Source: an uncultured Planctomycetaceae bacterium (GTDB taxonomy: Bacteria > Planctomycetota > Phycisphaerae > UBA1845 > UTPLA1). Taken from it: a stretch of 51,812 nt of DNA. Location: positions 1 to 51,812 of the forward strand of contig CAYYBO010000002.1 in the NCBI GenBank assembly GCA_964470125.1, given 5' to 3'. Made by a program: the position numbers and the translations under genes. Below are positions 19,861-27,840 of this stretch, piece after piece. The notes below the pieces were generated by a model, which was not told where the DNA came from, ran no database searches, and saw nothing but the letters and a program-made list of their open reading frames with translations. Numbering within the stretch: the first letter of the stretch is position 1; each line of letters starts with the position of its first letter.

Positions 19861-20360
19861 GCGAGACGCCGAAGCCGCCGCCGCTAGACCAATGGTTGGT
19901 GTTCGAGTTGAGGTGTGGGACTGGTCCGTATTGGGCGGTCTACTGGAACACGACGGACGAAAACTCGGCTCACCTACATCTGCCGGAAGGATGGGACGGT
20001 AGGCCGAGAAAGATGTTGCACGTCTCTGAAACGGACGCCGCAGAACTCGCCGACGCCAGAACTTACCGCGATGCCGTGCGAGCCGCACACAACGGCTACT
20101 GCGCAGAGATGCGCGACGCCATGCCGGAGTTACGCGAACCAGAGTCGCCAGCGGCGGCGATTTCCGACCTGGTGCAGACGGCCGAAGAAGATGGCGCAAT
20201 GCAGGAACGATTACGTTGGGAGCCAGAACTCGCCGCGCTGCGCGCCGAGCGGGACCGGCTGCGGGAACTGCTCACGCGAACACTTGTGATCGTAGGCGCC
20301 AACCGCAACACATGGACTGCCGACTTGATTGACGAATGTAAGAAGGAGCTTGCGAAATGA
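19857..20360 (+). CDS. hypothetical protein
   Basis: ATG at 19857 overlaps the upstream stop (ATGA). 167 aa. Carries the second copy of the ELAALRAERD repeat. Confidence 0.5.
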   Translation: MSETPKPPPLDQWLVFELRCGTGPYWAVYWNTTDENSAHLHLPEGWDGRPRKMLHVSETDAAELADARTYRDAVRAAHNGYCAEMRDAMPELREPESPAAAISDLVQTAEEDGAMQERLRWEPELAALRAERDRLRELLTRTLVIVGANRNTWTADLIDECKKELAK

Positions 20361-20572
20361 GCGAGAACATTAGAATCAGCCCGCGCCTGGGGTGTACGGT
20401 CGTCGAGCTGCTCGTCAAACTGACGGGGTTCCCCGACGACTACCAGGTGATGATCGGACACCAACCCGAAGGAGAGGACGGCCCGATCGTCTACTCGCCA
20501 GTCTCCCTTCGGCAGGTCTACGTGTACCACAACGACCGGACAGTCAACCTCGACCTCGCAGCGGAGGCATAG
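20357..20572 (+). CDS. hypothetical protein
   Basis: 71 aa with GAAGGAG RBS at 20342-20348 and an ATGA overlap. Confidence 0.5.
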   Translation: MSENIRISPRLGCTVVELLVKLTGFPDDYQVMIGHQPEGEDGPIVYSPVSLRQVYVYHNDRTVNLDLAAEA

Positions 20573-23233
20573 ATGGAGCTGCCGCTCTTCCAACATCACG
20601 GCGACTGCAGAGCCTGCCCGTTGGCGGAGCGGGCTAAGAGGCGGGGGCTGCGTACACGCGCTGCCTCGGGACTTACTGCTCCGCAACACAGTAAAGCCCT
20701 GGTATTCGTGGGTGCCGCCCCCGCCGCCGACGAGGAACGCACGGGCGTTGTCTACTGCGGCCCCGCCGGCACCCACCTCAACGGCACCTACATCCGTGGG
20801 CACAGCCTCAACAAGCTGGCTGATTGCTACCTGACGAATGCGTGCCGGTGCTTCCCCCGGGGACGGTCGGGCGTCGACCCCGTCGAAATCATGGCCTGTC
20901 GGCAATGGCTGCTCGAAGACCTGGAGCTGCTGCGCGCGCAGTACGAGGAGGTTGTGCTCGTCGCTTGCGGCTCCGAAGGCATTCACGCACTGCTGGGCCG
21001 AAACTGCTCTATCGGGACGTTTCCCCAGGGCCACCCGCAGCAACTCGGCGACCACCAGTACACGTGCTTCGCCACGTACCAGCCGGCGATCCTGCTGCCG
21101 AACCGCGACCCGGCGAAGTTGCCCGCCATCAAAGACCACCTGATGCTGGTGCGGCGGTGGCTGCGGACCGGCCGACTCCACGATCCGGTGGAGCTGCCCC
21201 GGCAACTCTATGGCCCGTCGGTGCCGGACCCGCCCGCGAACTGCGGCATCATCTCGCTGGACATCGAGACGTACGGGTGCGTCGAGAGGCAGCCGGTGCA
21301 GCGCTGCTTCCAGCCGACACACTCCGTTGCACTCGACGGCGTAAAGCCTTCGCAGCTGGTTCAGACAGTGGGCTTAGCCTGGAAGCAGAACGGCGTCGTT
21401 CGCACGAAACTCTACCGCATGTGCATCGCGGACGACCGGCGGCGGCTCCTTGCCGCACTGAAGAGGCAGCGAAAACTGCGACTGCTCTCCAACAATGTGC
21501 AGTTCGACGTGGTGAACCTGCGCTACTTCGACGAGGAGTTCCGCCGGGTTATCTCCCGCGAGGCCGGCTGCGAGCTGATCGACCTGATGGTCTATTCGTT
21601 CCTGGAGAACGACGCTCGCCCCGAGCGCAGCCTGAAGAGCTTCGTGGTGCTGTTCGGCATTGCCGACTACTACGACGAGCCCGTCGACCTGCGGAAGGGC
21701 CAGCGCTACCGCTCGGTTTATGACGGGCGGCTCCACCTCTACAACTGCAAGGACGCTGTCTGCACGCTGCTGTGCCTGGACGCCGTGCTCGACGGGATCG
21801 CCGACCGCTACGGTGCGGGCTCGCCGAAACTCTCCGCCGAAACGCGGACCTGGTACTCCGAGGCGCTGTGGCTGGCCGTCACCATGAGCGAGCAAGGTGT
21901 CATGTACGACATACCGGCTCTGGAGATGATCCGCGAGCGTCTGCAGCGCACTCTCGACCGGCTGTGGCAGTGGGGCGCCCCTCGCGACTTGCTAATGTGC
22001 AACGTCGGCAAAACAACCGGCAGCAAGACCTCGCAGCAGAAGCTCGTCGATGAGCTGGTGCGGAAGTACGCGCCGAAGACCGGCCCCGCCAAGCGGAACT
22101 TCGATCAGCAGCTGCTCCTAACCGAAAAGAAGGGAGACGTCTCCACCAAAGACGTGAACCTCACACTGCTCCGCGCCCAGGTTCCGAGAGGGACCGCGGC
22201 ACGGGCCGTCGACAACGAGTACTTCGAGAAGGTCGTGCGGCTGCAGCGCTTCCGCCGGCTCTTCAAACTGCAGACGAGCTACGTGCATCCGCTGCTCGGG
22301 CTGTCCCCCGACAACATCGAGTCCCAGCACATCAACGGAGTGGTGCACCCACGGTGGCACATCATCCCCAGCCGCTGGGCGGAGAACACCCCGGAGACTG
22401 GCCGGCAGCGCGAAGGCGGGCAGCGGCAAGCTCGCTTCTCGGCGCAGGACCCTCCCATCGCCACGCAGCCCGACTTCATCAGCGCGTGTCAGCGCAGCCG
22501 CTTCAAGGACGGCGCGACGCTGTCGTGCGACCTCTCTCAAATCGAGCTGAGGGTGCCGGTGATCTACAGTGGCGACCCGGTGATGCTGGCCTTGTTCGTG
22601 CAGGGCGTCTCGCTGCACGCGAAAACGGCGACGGAGCTGTGCGGTCGACCCATCGACAAGAAGAAGGACCCCGTCTGGTACGACGCCGGCAAGCACGCGA
22701 ACTTCCTGCGGGTTTACGGCGGCGGTGCGCCCAAGCTCCAGCAGACAATCCTGCTGCTGACGCACCAGAACATCCCGCTGGGCGAACTCGAAGCGTGGAT
22801 CGACGCCGACCGCCAACGCTACCCGGTGTTCTACGCGTGGCAGGAGTCCCTCTACGTGGAGGCGCAGACGAAGCATCGACTCAGCCTCCCGCTCACGGGG
22901 CTGCACCGGACGTTCCTGGGCGACGTGCGCAAGACCTACCGCTCCGAGATACTCAACTTCCCGGTGCAGGGCCTGGCTGCCATGCTCGCCCAATCAGCGC
23001 AGTTCGCCGTGGACCGGGAGCTGCGGCGGCACCGCGCGCGGACAGTCACCTACTCCAACGTGTACGATGCGGGCTACTACGACTGTCCTGCTGACGAGGT
23101 CGCCGAAGTGGAGAAACTCGTCCTGAAGTGGTTTAAGAAACCTCCGCTGTACGACTGGCTACTGGAGCACGGGTACGCCGCGTGTCCCCTTGACGCGGAG
23201 GTCAAAATCAGGTATAATACCTTGGCCGCATAG
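20573..23233 (+). CDS. family A DNA polymerase with 3'-5' exonuclease and an N-terminal family-4 UDG-like domain
   Basis: 886 aa.
- N-terminus: GDCRACPLAE and LVFVGAAPAADEERTGVVYCGPAGTHL, which match the UDG family 4 layout.
- Exonuclease motifs: SLDIETYG, NNVQFDVVNL, LYNCKDAV.
- Polymerase motif A: DLSQIELRV.
- Polymerase motif B: GKHANFLRVYGGG.
- Polymerase motif C-like: NVYDAGYY. Confidence 0.85.
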   Translation: MELPLFQHHGDCRACPLAERAKRRGLRTRAASGLTAPQHSKALVFVGAAPAADEERTGVVYCGPAGTHLNGTYIRGHSLNKLADCYLTNACRCFPRGRSGVDPVEIMACRQWLLEDLELLRAQYEEVVLVACGSEGIHALLGRNCSIGTFPQGHPQQLGDHQYTCFATYQPAILLPNRDPAKLPAIKDHLMLVRRWLRTGRLHDPVELPRQLYGPSVPDPPANCGIISLDIETYGCVERQPVQRCFQPTHSVALDGVKPSQLVQTVGLAWKQNGVVRTKLYRMCIADDRRRLLAALKRQRKLRLLSNNVQFDVVNLRYFDEEFRRVISREAGCELIDLMVYSFLENDARPERSLKSFVVLFGIADYYDEPVDLRKGQRYRSVYDGRLHLYNCKDAVCTLLCLDAVLDGIADRYGAGSPKLSAETRTWYSEALWLAVTMSEQGVMYDIPALEMIRERLQRTLDRLWQWGAPRDLLMCNVGKTTGSKTSQQKLVDELVRKYAPKTGPAKRNFDQQLLLTEKKGDVSTKDVNLTLLRAQVPRGTAARAVDNEYFEKVVRLQRFRRLFKLQTSYVHPLLGLSPDNIESQHINGVVHPRWHIIPSRWAENTPETGRQREGGQRQARFSAQDPPIATQPDFISACQRSRFKDGATLSCDLSQIELRVPVIYSGDPVMLALFVQGVSLHAKTATELCGRPIDKKKDPVWYDAGKHANFLRVYGGGAPKLQQTILLLTHQNIPLGELEAWIDADRQRYPVFYAWQESLYVEAQTKHRLSLPLTGLHRTFLGDVRKTYRSEILNFPVQGLAAMLAQSAQFAVDRELRRHRARTVTYSNVYDAGYYDCPADEVAEVEKLVLKWFKKPPLYDWLLEHGYAACPLDAEVKIRYNTLAA
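23190..23218 (+). promoter_or_regulatory. near-perfect sigma70 promoter at the 3' end of the polymerase gene
   Basis: TTGACG (23190-23195), 17-nt spacer, TATAAT (23213-23218). About 25 nt upstream of the next gene. Confidence 0.6.
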
Positions 23234-23253
23234 AACTTAACATGGAGCATCAA

Positions 23254-23514
23254 ATGGCGCCACCCCCTGGATGTGACCTGGTCCAACGTCTTGCAAAGTT
23301 TGCATGGGGCGACGGCGAACCGGACGGCAACTCAGCCGTCGAGCGCTTCGCCCGAATCGAGACTGACGTCGGTCACTTGAAGCAAGTGAGCTACTGGCTC
23401 GCGGGCCTGGTCGGTGTGGCCGTCGTAGAGATGTCCGTAGGCATCGGCTTGCTACTGTGGGAGTGGTCGAAAAACGCCCACACAGGCGGCGGGATGGCCT
23501 CGTTCTTTCACTAA
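23254..23514 (+). CDS. small membrane protein (holin-like candidate)
   Basis: ATG at 23254 lies 6 nt after GGAG; the in-frame ATG at 23242 has no RBS. C-terminal hydrophobic segment YWLAGLVGVAVVEMSVGIGLLLWEW. Confidence 0.45.
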   Translation: MAPPPGCDLVQRLAKFAWGDGEPDGNSAVERFARIETDVGHLKQVSYWLAGLVGVAVVEMSVGIGLLLWEWSKNAHTGGGMASFFH

Positions 23515-23535
23515 CCCCCCAAACAGGAGTCCAAC

Positions 23536-23868
23536 ATGCTCAATCAGGAATTGGCTACCCCGGGGATGCAGTGGAGCACCGGCGGCAACATCGGCGCCGG
23601 CAGCTACACTGCGTTCATTTGGGCGAAGTTCGGCCGCGAACTCGTCATCGAGAACAAAACTGGCGGCGACATGTACGTTGCTTTGGGGCGGACGACGGCG
23701 ACAGCGCCGACCGAGTTCGACGTGTTCACGATCCCTGCCGGCGAGACGCGCACGTACAGCGGGTACGGCGGCATGCTGATCGACCGGGCGACGATCTTCT
23801 CGACGGTTGCCGCAGTCCCGTCGGGCGTCGGCAAGAACTGCACTATCGTTCTGTTTGGCGGAGAGTAA
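23536..23868 (+). CDS. hypothetical beta-rich protein
   Basis: 110 aa with AGGAG RBS at 23525-23529. Confidence 0.55.
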   Translation: MLNQELATPGMQWSTGGNIGAGSYTAFIWAKFGRELVIENKTGGDMYVALGRTTATAPTEFDVFTIPAGETRTYSGYGGMLIDRATIFSTVAAVPSGVGKNCTIVLFGGE

Positions 23869-23871
23869 ATC

Positions 23872-25374
23872 ATGGCCTACCCGAAGCTCGTCGTCACCCG
23901 AGACTCCAGCCAGACGTGGCAGTTCCCGGTGTGGATTCCCTGCTCAGCCGACAACTACGGCTACTGGATCAGGACTGAGATCGGCATTCCGCTGATCGAC
24001 AACGCCAACATGGCTTCGCTCACGTCGCCGAACGTCCGCGCACTTCGACAGATCGTCATAGGCCGCGTCCACAAGGGCCTCTTCCACTCCTGGAACAACG
24101 GCCGCATCACCAGCGAGGCCGGCACGGTCTGGTCAGCACTGACGGCGGACGCCTCCCGTGGAACGTACGCGGGCGCCTACGCCAAGAGCACGACTTCCAC
24201 GTCGAAGAACGTCTTCATTGGGAAGCTGCCCGCCGGTTGCGACGTCATCATCCTGCGCATCGGTGGAACTACGACGGGGTGGACGGCGCTCGAAGTGTAC
24301 GGCGACACGACCTTGCTGACAACGGTCGATGTGCACGGCACGGCCACCGCGAAAGTGCTGTCGAAGTACCTGACGGTGACGCCCTCGGCCTCTGACCGCA
24401 CCCTCTACCTGAAGACGCCTGCCTCGGCCGGTAACCTCGTGCTGTATAGTGTGCACTGCTTCTCGTCGACGGAACTGGCGATGCCCGGCGAAGTCGATAC
24501 CGCCTACTTCGCCGACGGCAAGTGGCAGGGCAACGACGTCATCGGCTACATTGCAACGGAGTACTTGTTCGGGAGTGGCGGCGGCAAGAAACCTCACTGC
24601 TGCGACACCTGGGTTGATGGCGGCATCCTTGCGTCGCCCAACACGCTCGAACCCAACGTCAACTTCAAGCCGGACATTGATGGCGGGGCCGCTGGCTGGT
24701 GCACGCTAGGCTACCACAATGCCTCGTCCGACCCGAATCGCTTCGTGCCAGACGCGGCCTACCTGCCGACGCTGTGGGTGGACGGCGTGGCGACCTACGA
24801 CCTGACCGTAGTGTCGGGTGGTGGCGGCACGCTCGACTGGGACGTGGTCGTCGAAGCCGACAAGCTGATGATGTGGACTGCCGGCACGAACGCCTCCGCT
24901 ACCGGCAACTGGTTTGCCTTCAAAGACGAGCTAGACCACAGCGGCATCACAACGCAGATGGACGTGCGGTGGGGTTCCGAGCACTCGTTCCCTAACGCGA
25001 ACGCCAGGCTCTACGGCATGTGCCTGTCGTGCAGCGCGCCGGGGGGCGGCTCGGCCGTCGTGCAGCGCATCCGGCAATTCGGCGACACTAGCGAGTACCT
25101 CAACACCGGCACGACTCTGGTCGAAGGCTCCGAGTGGTTCATCTACGTGGACGGCACGCCGGGCTATGCTCGCGTCGTGACGCAAGGGCCGAACGCCGCC
25201 CTACGCACCGCCGGGAACAACAAGTTCTACTCTGATCTCGACTTCACGCTGTACCCGACGATCGCTCTGGCGACGGCCTCGACGCTGACGTGGTCCGTCG
25301 CGTCACACTTGTCGGTGCACCCTTACGCAGACCATCTGAAGCATCCGCGTGCCAGCGTGGCACAGCGCATCTAA
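23872..25374 (+). CDS. hypothetical 500-aa beta-rich protein (tail fibre/receptor-binding or glycan-acting candidate)
   Basis: G/T/S/W/Y-rich with no helical regions apparent. GGAGAG RBS. Function unknown. Confidence 0.5.
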   Translation: MAYPKLVVTRDSSQTWQFPVWIPCSADNYGYWIRTEIGIPLIDNANMASLTSPNVRALRQIVIGRVHKGLFHSWNNGRITSEAGTVWSALTADASRGTYAGAYAKSTTSTSKNVFIGKLPAGCDVIILRIGGTTTGWTALEVYGDTTLLTTVDVHGTATAKVLSKYLTVTPSASDRTLYLKTPASAGNLVLYSVHCFSSTELAMPGEVDTAYFADGKWQGNDVIGYIATEYLFGSGGGKKPHCCDTWVDGGILASPNTLEPNVNFKPDIDGGAAGWCTLGYHNASSDPNRFVPDAAYLPTLWVDGVATYDLTVVSGGGGTLDWDVVVEADKLMMWTAGTNASATGNWFAFKDELDHSGITTQMDVRWGSEHSFPNANARLYGMCLSCSAPGGGSAVVQRIRQFGDTSEYLNTGTTLVEGSEWFIYVDGTPGYARVVTQGPNAALRTAGNNKFYSDLDFTLYPTIALATASTLTWSVASHLSVHPYADHLKHPRASVAQRI

Positions 25375-25400
25375 CCCCCATAGCCTCGAAGGAGGACCTC

Positions 25401-26066
25401 ATGTTGAAGTACGCAGTATTGGTTTTCGTGGCGTTGGCGCTGAGCGGCTGTGCTCAGAACACCGAAGCCCCTGTCGCCCAGCCGACCCGCCAGGTTCAGG
25501 CGGAGAAGGCGACCCAACAGGAACAGGGTGCGATGGCCAGCATCGACATCAACATTCTGAACGCTCCGGACGGGCAGGGCGTCCCCGACGAGACAAGCAT
25601 CATGGGGCCGCTGGTGTACGGCCCTTTGGCGGACAAGAACCTGGCCCGCATCATGGATGGTGGCAGTGGTCCTGCGGGTTCCACCGTGCGGGACACGCGT
25701 GCCGGCTACGTGCAGAACGTCTACCTGACGCTGCAAACGGGCGGCTCGGCCACTGGCGCCCAAACGACGGGCGGTGCGACCGGCCAGAGTTCGACGCCGG
25801 GCACGACCATTACGCAGTACCCCGTGCAGGAACCGAAGGCCTCGGTGACGACGCCGGTGGCGGTTGGTTTGCCGGGCTCTGCGCCGCAGGCTACTGGTAC
25901 TGGCACCGTCGAAGGTAACGCCAGCACGACGGCCGATCTCCAGGCGGACCTGAAGACCCAGCTACTGGACCTCGCCGCGAAGGACCCCGCCGCGTTCCAG
26001 TCGATCCTCGCTGAGCTTGCGAAGTTCTTCCCGGTCGCGACGACGCAGCCCGCGGTGCCGCAATGA
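25401..26066 (+). CDS. lipoprotein
   Basis: ATG at 25401 follows GAAGGAGGA. Signal peptide MLKYAVLVFVALALSGC has a canonical lipobox (L-S-G-C). 221 aa, with a T/G/Q/S-rich middle. Confidence 0.7.
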   Translation: MLKYAVLVFVALALSGCAQNTEAPVAQPTRQVQAEKATQQEQGAMASIDINILNAPDGQGVPDETSIMGPLVYGPLADKNLARIMDGGSGPAGSTVRDTRAGYVQNVYLTLQTGGSATGAQTTGGATGQSSTPGTTITQYPVQEPKASVTTPVAVGLPGSAPQATGTGTVEGNASTTADLQADLKTQLLDLAAKDPAAFQSILAELAKFFPVATTQPAVPQ

Positions 26067-26323
26067 CCCCGGCTGAGCTGGCTGGTTTCGTTGGGAAGGT
26101 GTGCGTGTGCCCGACGGGCCGTGTCGGACTGGCCGTGCGTGTTCGTGAAATCACGATGTCCGACGGCTTCACCGGGACGTTCCTCGCAGGCATCGGCCTG
26201 GACGGCCAGGCGCTGTGGTGCACCCGGAACCCGATCATGCTCCACCCCTCGATCGAGGCGTACATGGACCGGCTCGCCCTGGTGCTGACACAGCCAGGCG
26301 CGATCTACCTGCCGCTCGGGTGA
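26063..26323 (+). CDS. hypothetical protein
   Basis: 86 aa with an ATGA overlap to the lipoprotein gene. Confidence 0.5.
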   Translation: MTPAELAGFVGKVCVCPTGRVGLAVRVREITMSDGFTGTFLAGIGLDGQALWCTRNPIMLHPSIEAYMDRLALVLTQPGAIYLPLG

Positions 26324-26327
26324 CGCC

Positions 26328-26516
26328 ATGGCGATAATGAACATCGACCGACCAATCATCGTCGGCACGCAGGAACAAGTCCTGGCTGTGCTCGCTGCGT
26401 TGGCGGCGAGTGGCACCATGAACATCATCCGGCCACGGATAGTGGTGCTCGACGAAGCGGTGACGGGGGCCACGGCCGGGCCTCTCATTCATAACACAGG
26501 AGCCCCTCATGCGTAG
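26328..26516 (+). CDS. hypothetical protein
   Basis: 62 aa, beginning 5 nt after the upstream stop. Confidence 0.4.
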   Translation: MAIMNIDRPIIVGTQEQVLAVLAALAASGTMNIIRPRIVVLDEAVTGATAGPLIHNTGAPHA

Positions 26517-26637
26517 ACTGATGGCACAGGTGCTGCCGTGGCTTTGCGGCGGCGTCCTCCTGAGTATCTGGTTCATGTGGTGGTTCGCGTTCCGTTCACT
26601 TGTAGCCCGACTGGAGACCATTGGGGTCGAAGGTTAG
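26509..26637 (+). CDS. 42-aa single-pass membrane mini-protein (not in the ORF track)
   Basis: AGGAG at 26497-26501, then ATG at 26509. Product: MRRLMAQVLPWLCGGVLLSIWFMWWFAFRSLVARLETIGVEG. Confidence 0.35.
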   Translation: MRRLMAQVLPWLCGGVLLSIWFMWWFAFRSLVARLETIGVEG

Positions 26638-26896
26638 GGCCGGCCTATACATCGTGGAGACGAAGAACCACGACGAGGCAGGAGGCCCCTGGGCCTACGA
26701 GTATTGTGACTAGAGTTGACGTTCCGTTGCGACACGGCCAATTCGGTTAGCCGTTTCGCGTGACATGAGAGTGGGCCTCGTTCGTCTAAGGCACTAGGAC
26801 CCGCCGATCGTACGGCGGAGATGGGGAGTTGACGCCCCCACGAGGCCCCGTTTTTCTTTCCCGCCTTTTGACTCGAACACTAGGAGGCAAGTTTCC

Positions 26897-27838
26897 ATGC
26901 AAGAAAAGATGACATTCCCCAGCGGCGCTGTCCGCGAGAAGAAGCACGGCAAGGGTCGGTTCGATCTGCTGAGTCCGTTCGCGGCGATGCGGCGCGCCCT
27001 CGTCGCCGAGCACGGAGCTAAGGTCTACGGCGACCGCAACCACGAGAAGGGCCTGCCGTTCTCCAGCCGAGTCGACTCGATCAAGCGGCACCTGGATGAG
27101 TACGTGGCTGGCCGGCTCAACGAGGACCACCTCGCGCAGGCGTCGTTCTGGCTCGACTCCCTGATGCACGACGAAGTGATGATCGGTGCCGGGTTCAAGC
27201 CGACGGCTCTGGTGGACATTGGCCCCAACGCCGGGTGTCCCTGCGAGCATCTCGTTATCCCGGCTCCGTCGGGCGACCCCGACTTCCGAACGTGGTACGG
27301 GTCGCAGTTCTACAAGTCCGGATGCGCGGCCCCACGCAACCAGAGCATCGACACCGAGCCCGTCGTGCGGCTGGGTGAAGTGCCGGAGAAGGCAGCGCGT
27401 TCCTCTATCCGGCGGATTTACGTCAGCGGACCGCTTACCGACAGCGACCCGAAGGTTCGTCGCCTGAATATCGCGCGAGCTTCGGCCATCGCGAAAGCTC
27501 TGATCTTTGAGGGATTCGAGGTCATTTGTCCCCACACCATGACCGACGACTGGGAAGACCTGGGGCGCGACCGGCTGCTGCAGAACGACTTCGCGTTGAT
27601 TCGCGACTGGGCGGACGCGATCGTAGTCGTCGGTACGAACATCGACATCGCGAAGTCCACCGGAACGCACGCAGAAGTCGCCGTCGCGCGTGCCGCATCG
27701 AAGCCGGTGTTCCGCTTGCACGTGTGGCTTGGCGAGACCCAGCTTGCCAACTACGTGAAGGAGTTTGCCGAGGCGCTGCGCAGCCCGAACCCGTCGGCGC
27801 ACGACGCTTTCCGGCCTGGCCACGAACTGGAGTCCTGA
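26897..27838 (+). CDS. fusion protein: dATP/dGTP pyrophosphohydrolase N-terminal-type (MazZ/DUF5664-like) domain plus DUF4406/nucleoside 2-deoxyribosyltransferase-like domain
   Basis: 313 aa with AGGAGG RBS.
- N-terminal: FPSGAVREKKHGKGRFDLLSP...HGAKVYGDRNHEKGLPFS...HL...EDHLAQASF
- C-terminal: IYVSGPLTDSD...FEVICPH...NDFALIRDWADAIVVVG...STGTHAEVAVARAASKPVF. Confidence 0.6.
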   Translation: MQEKMTFPSGAVREKKHGKGRFDLLSPFAAMRRALVAEHGAKVYGDRNHEKGLPFSSRVDSIKRHLDEYVAGRLNEDHLAQASFWLDSLMHDEVMIGAGFKPTALVDIGPNAGCPCEHLVIPAPSGDPDFRTWYGSQFYKSGCAAPRNQSIDTEPVVRLGEVPEKAARSSIRRIYVSGPLTDSDPKVRRLNIARASAIAKALIFEGFEVICPHTMTDDWEDLGRDRLLQNDFALIRDWADAIVVVGTNIDIAKSTGTHAEVAVARAASKPVFRLHVWLGETQLANYVKEFAEALRSPNPSAHDAFRPGHELES

Positions 27839-27840
27839 CC

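Noticed and set aside
26897-27200. Inference that the MazZ-like domain implies a 2-aminoadenine (Z) genome.
   Set aside because: No PurZ (adenylosuccinate-synthetase-like) or DatZ-like gene was recognisable. This domain also occurs in many phages with canonical DNA.
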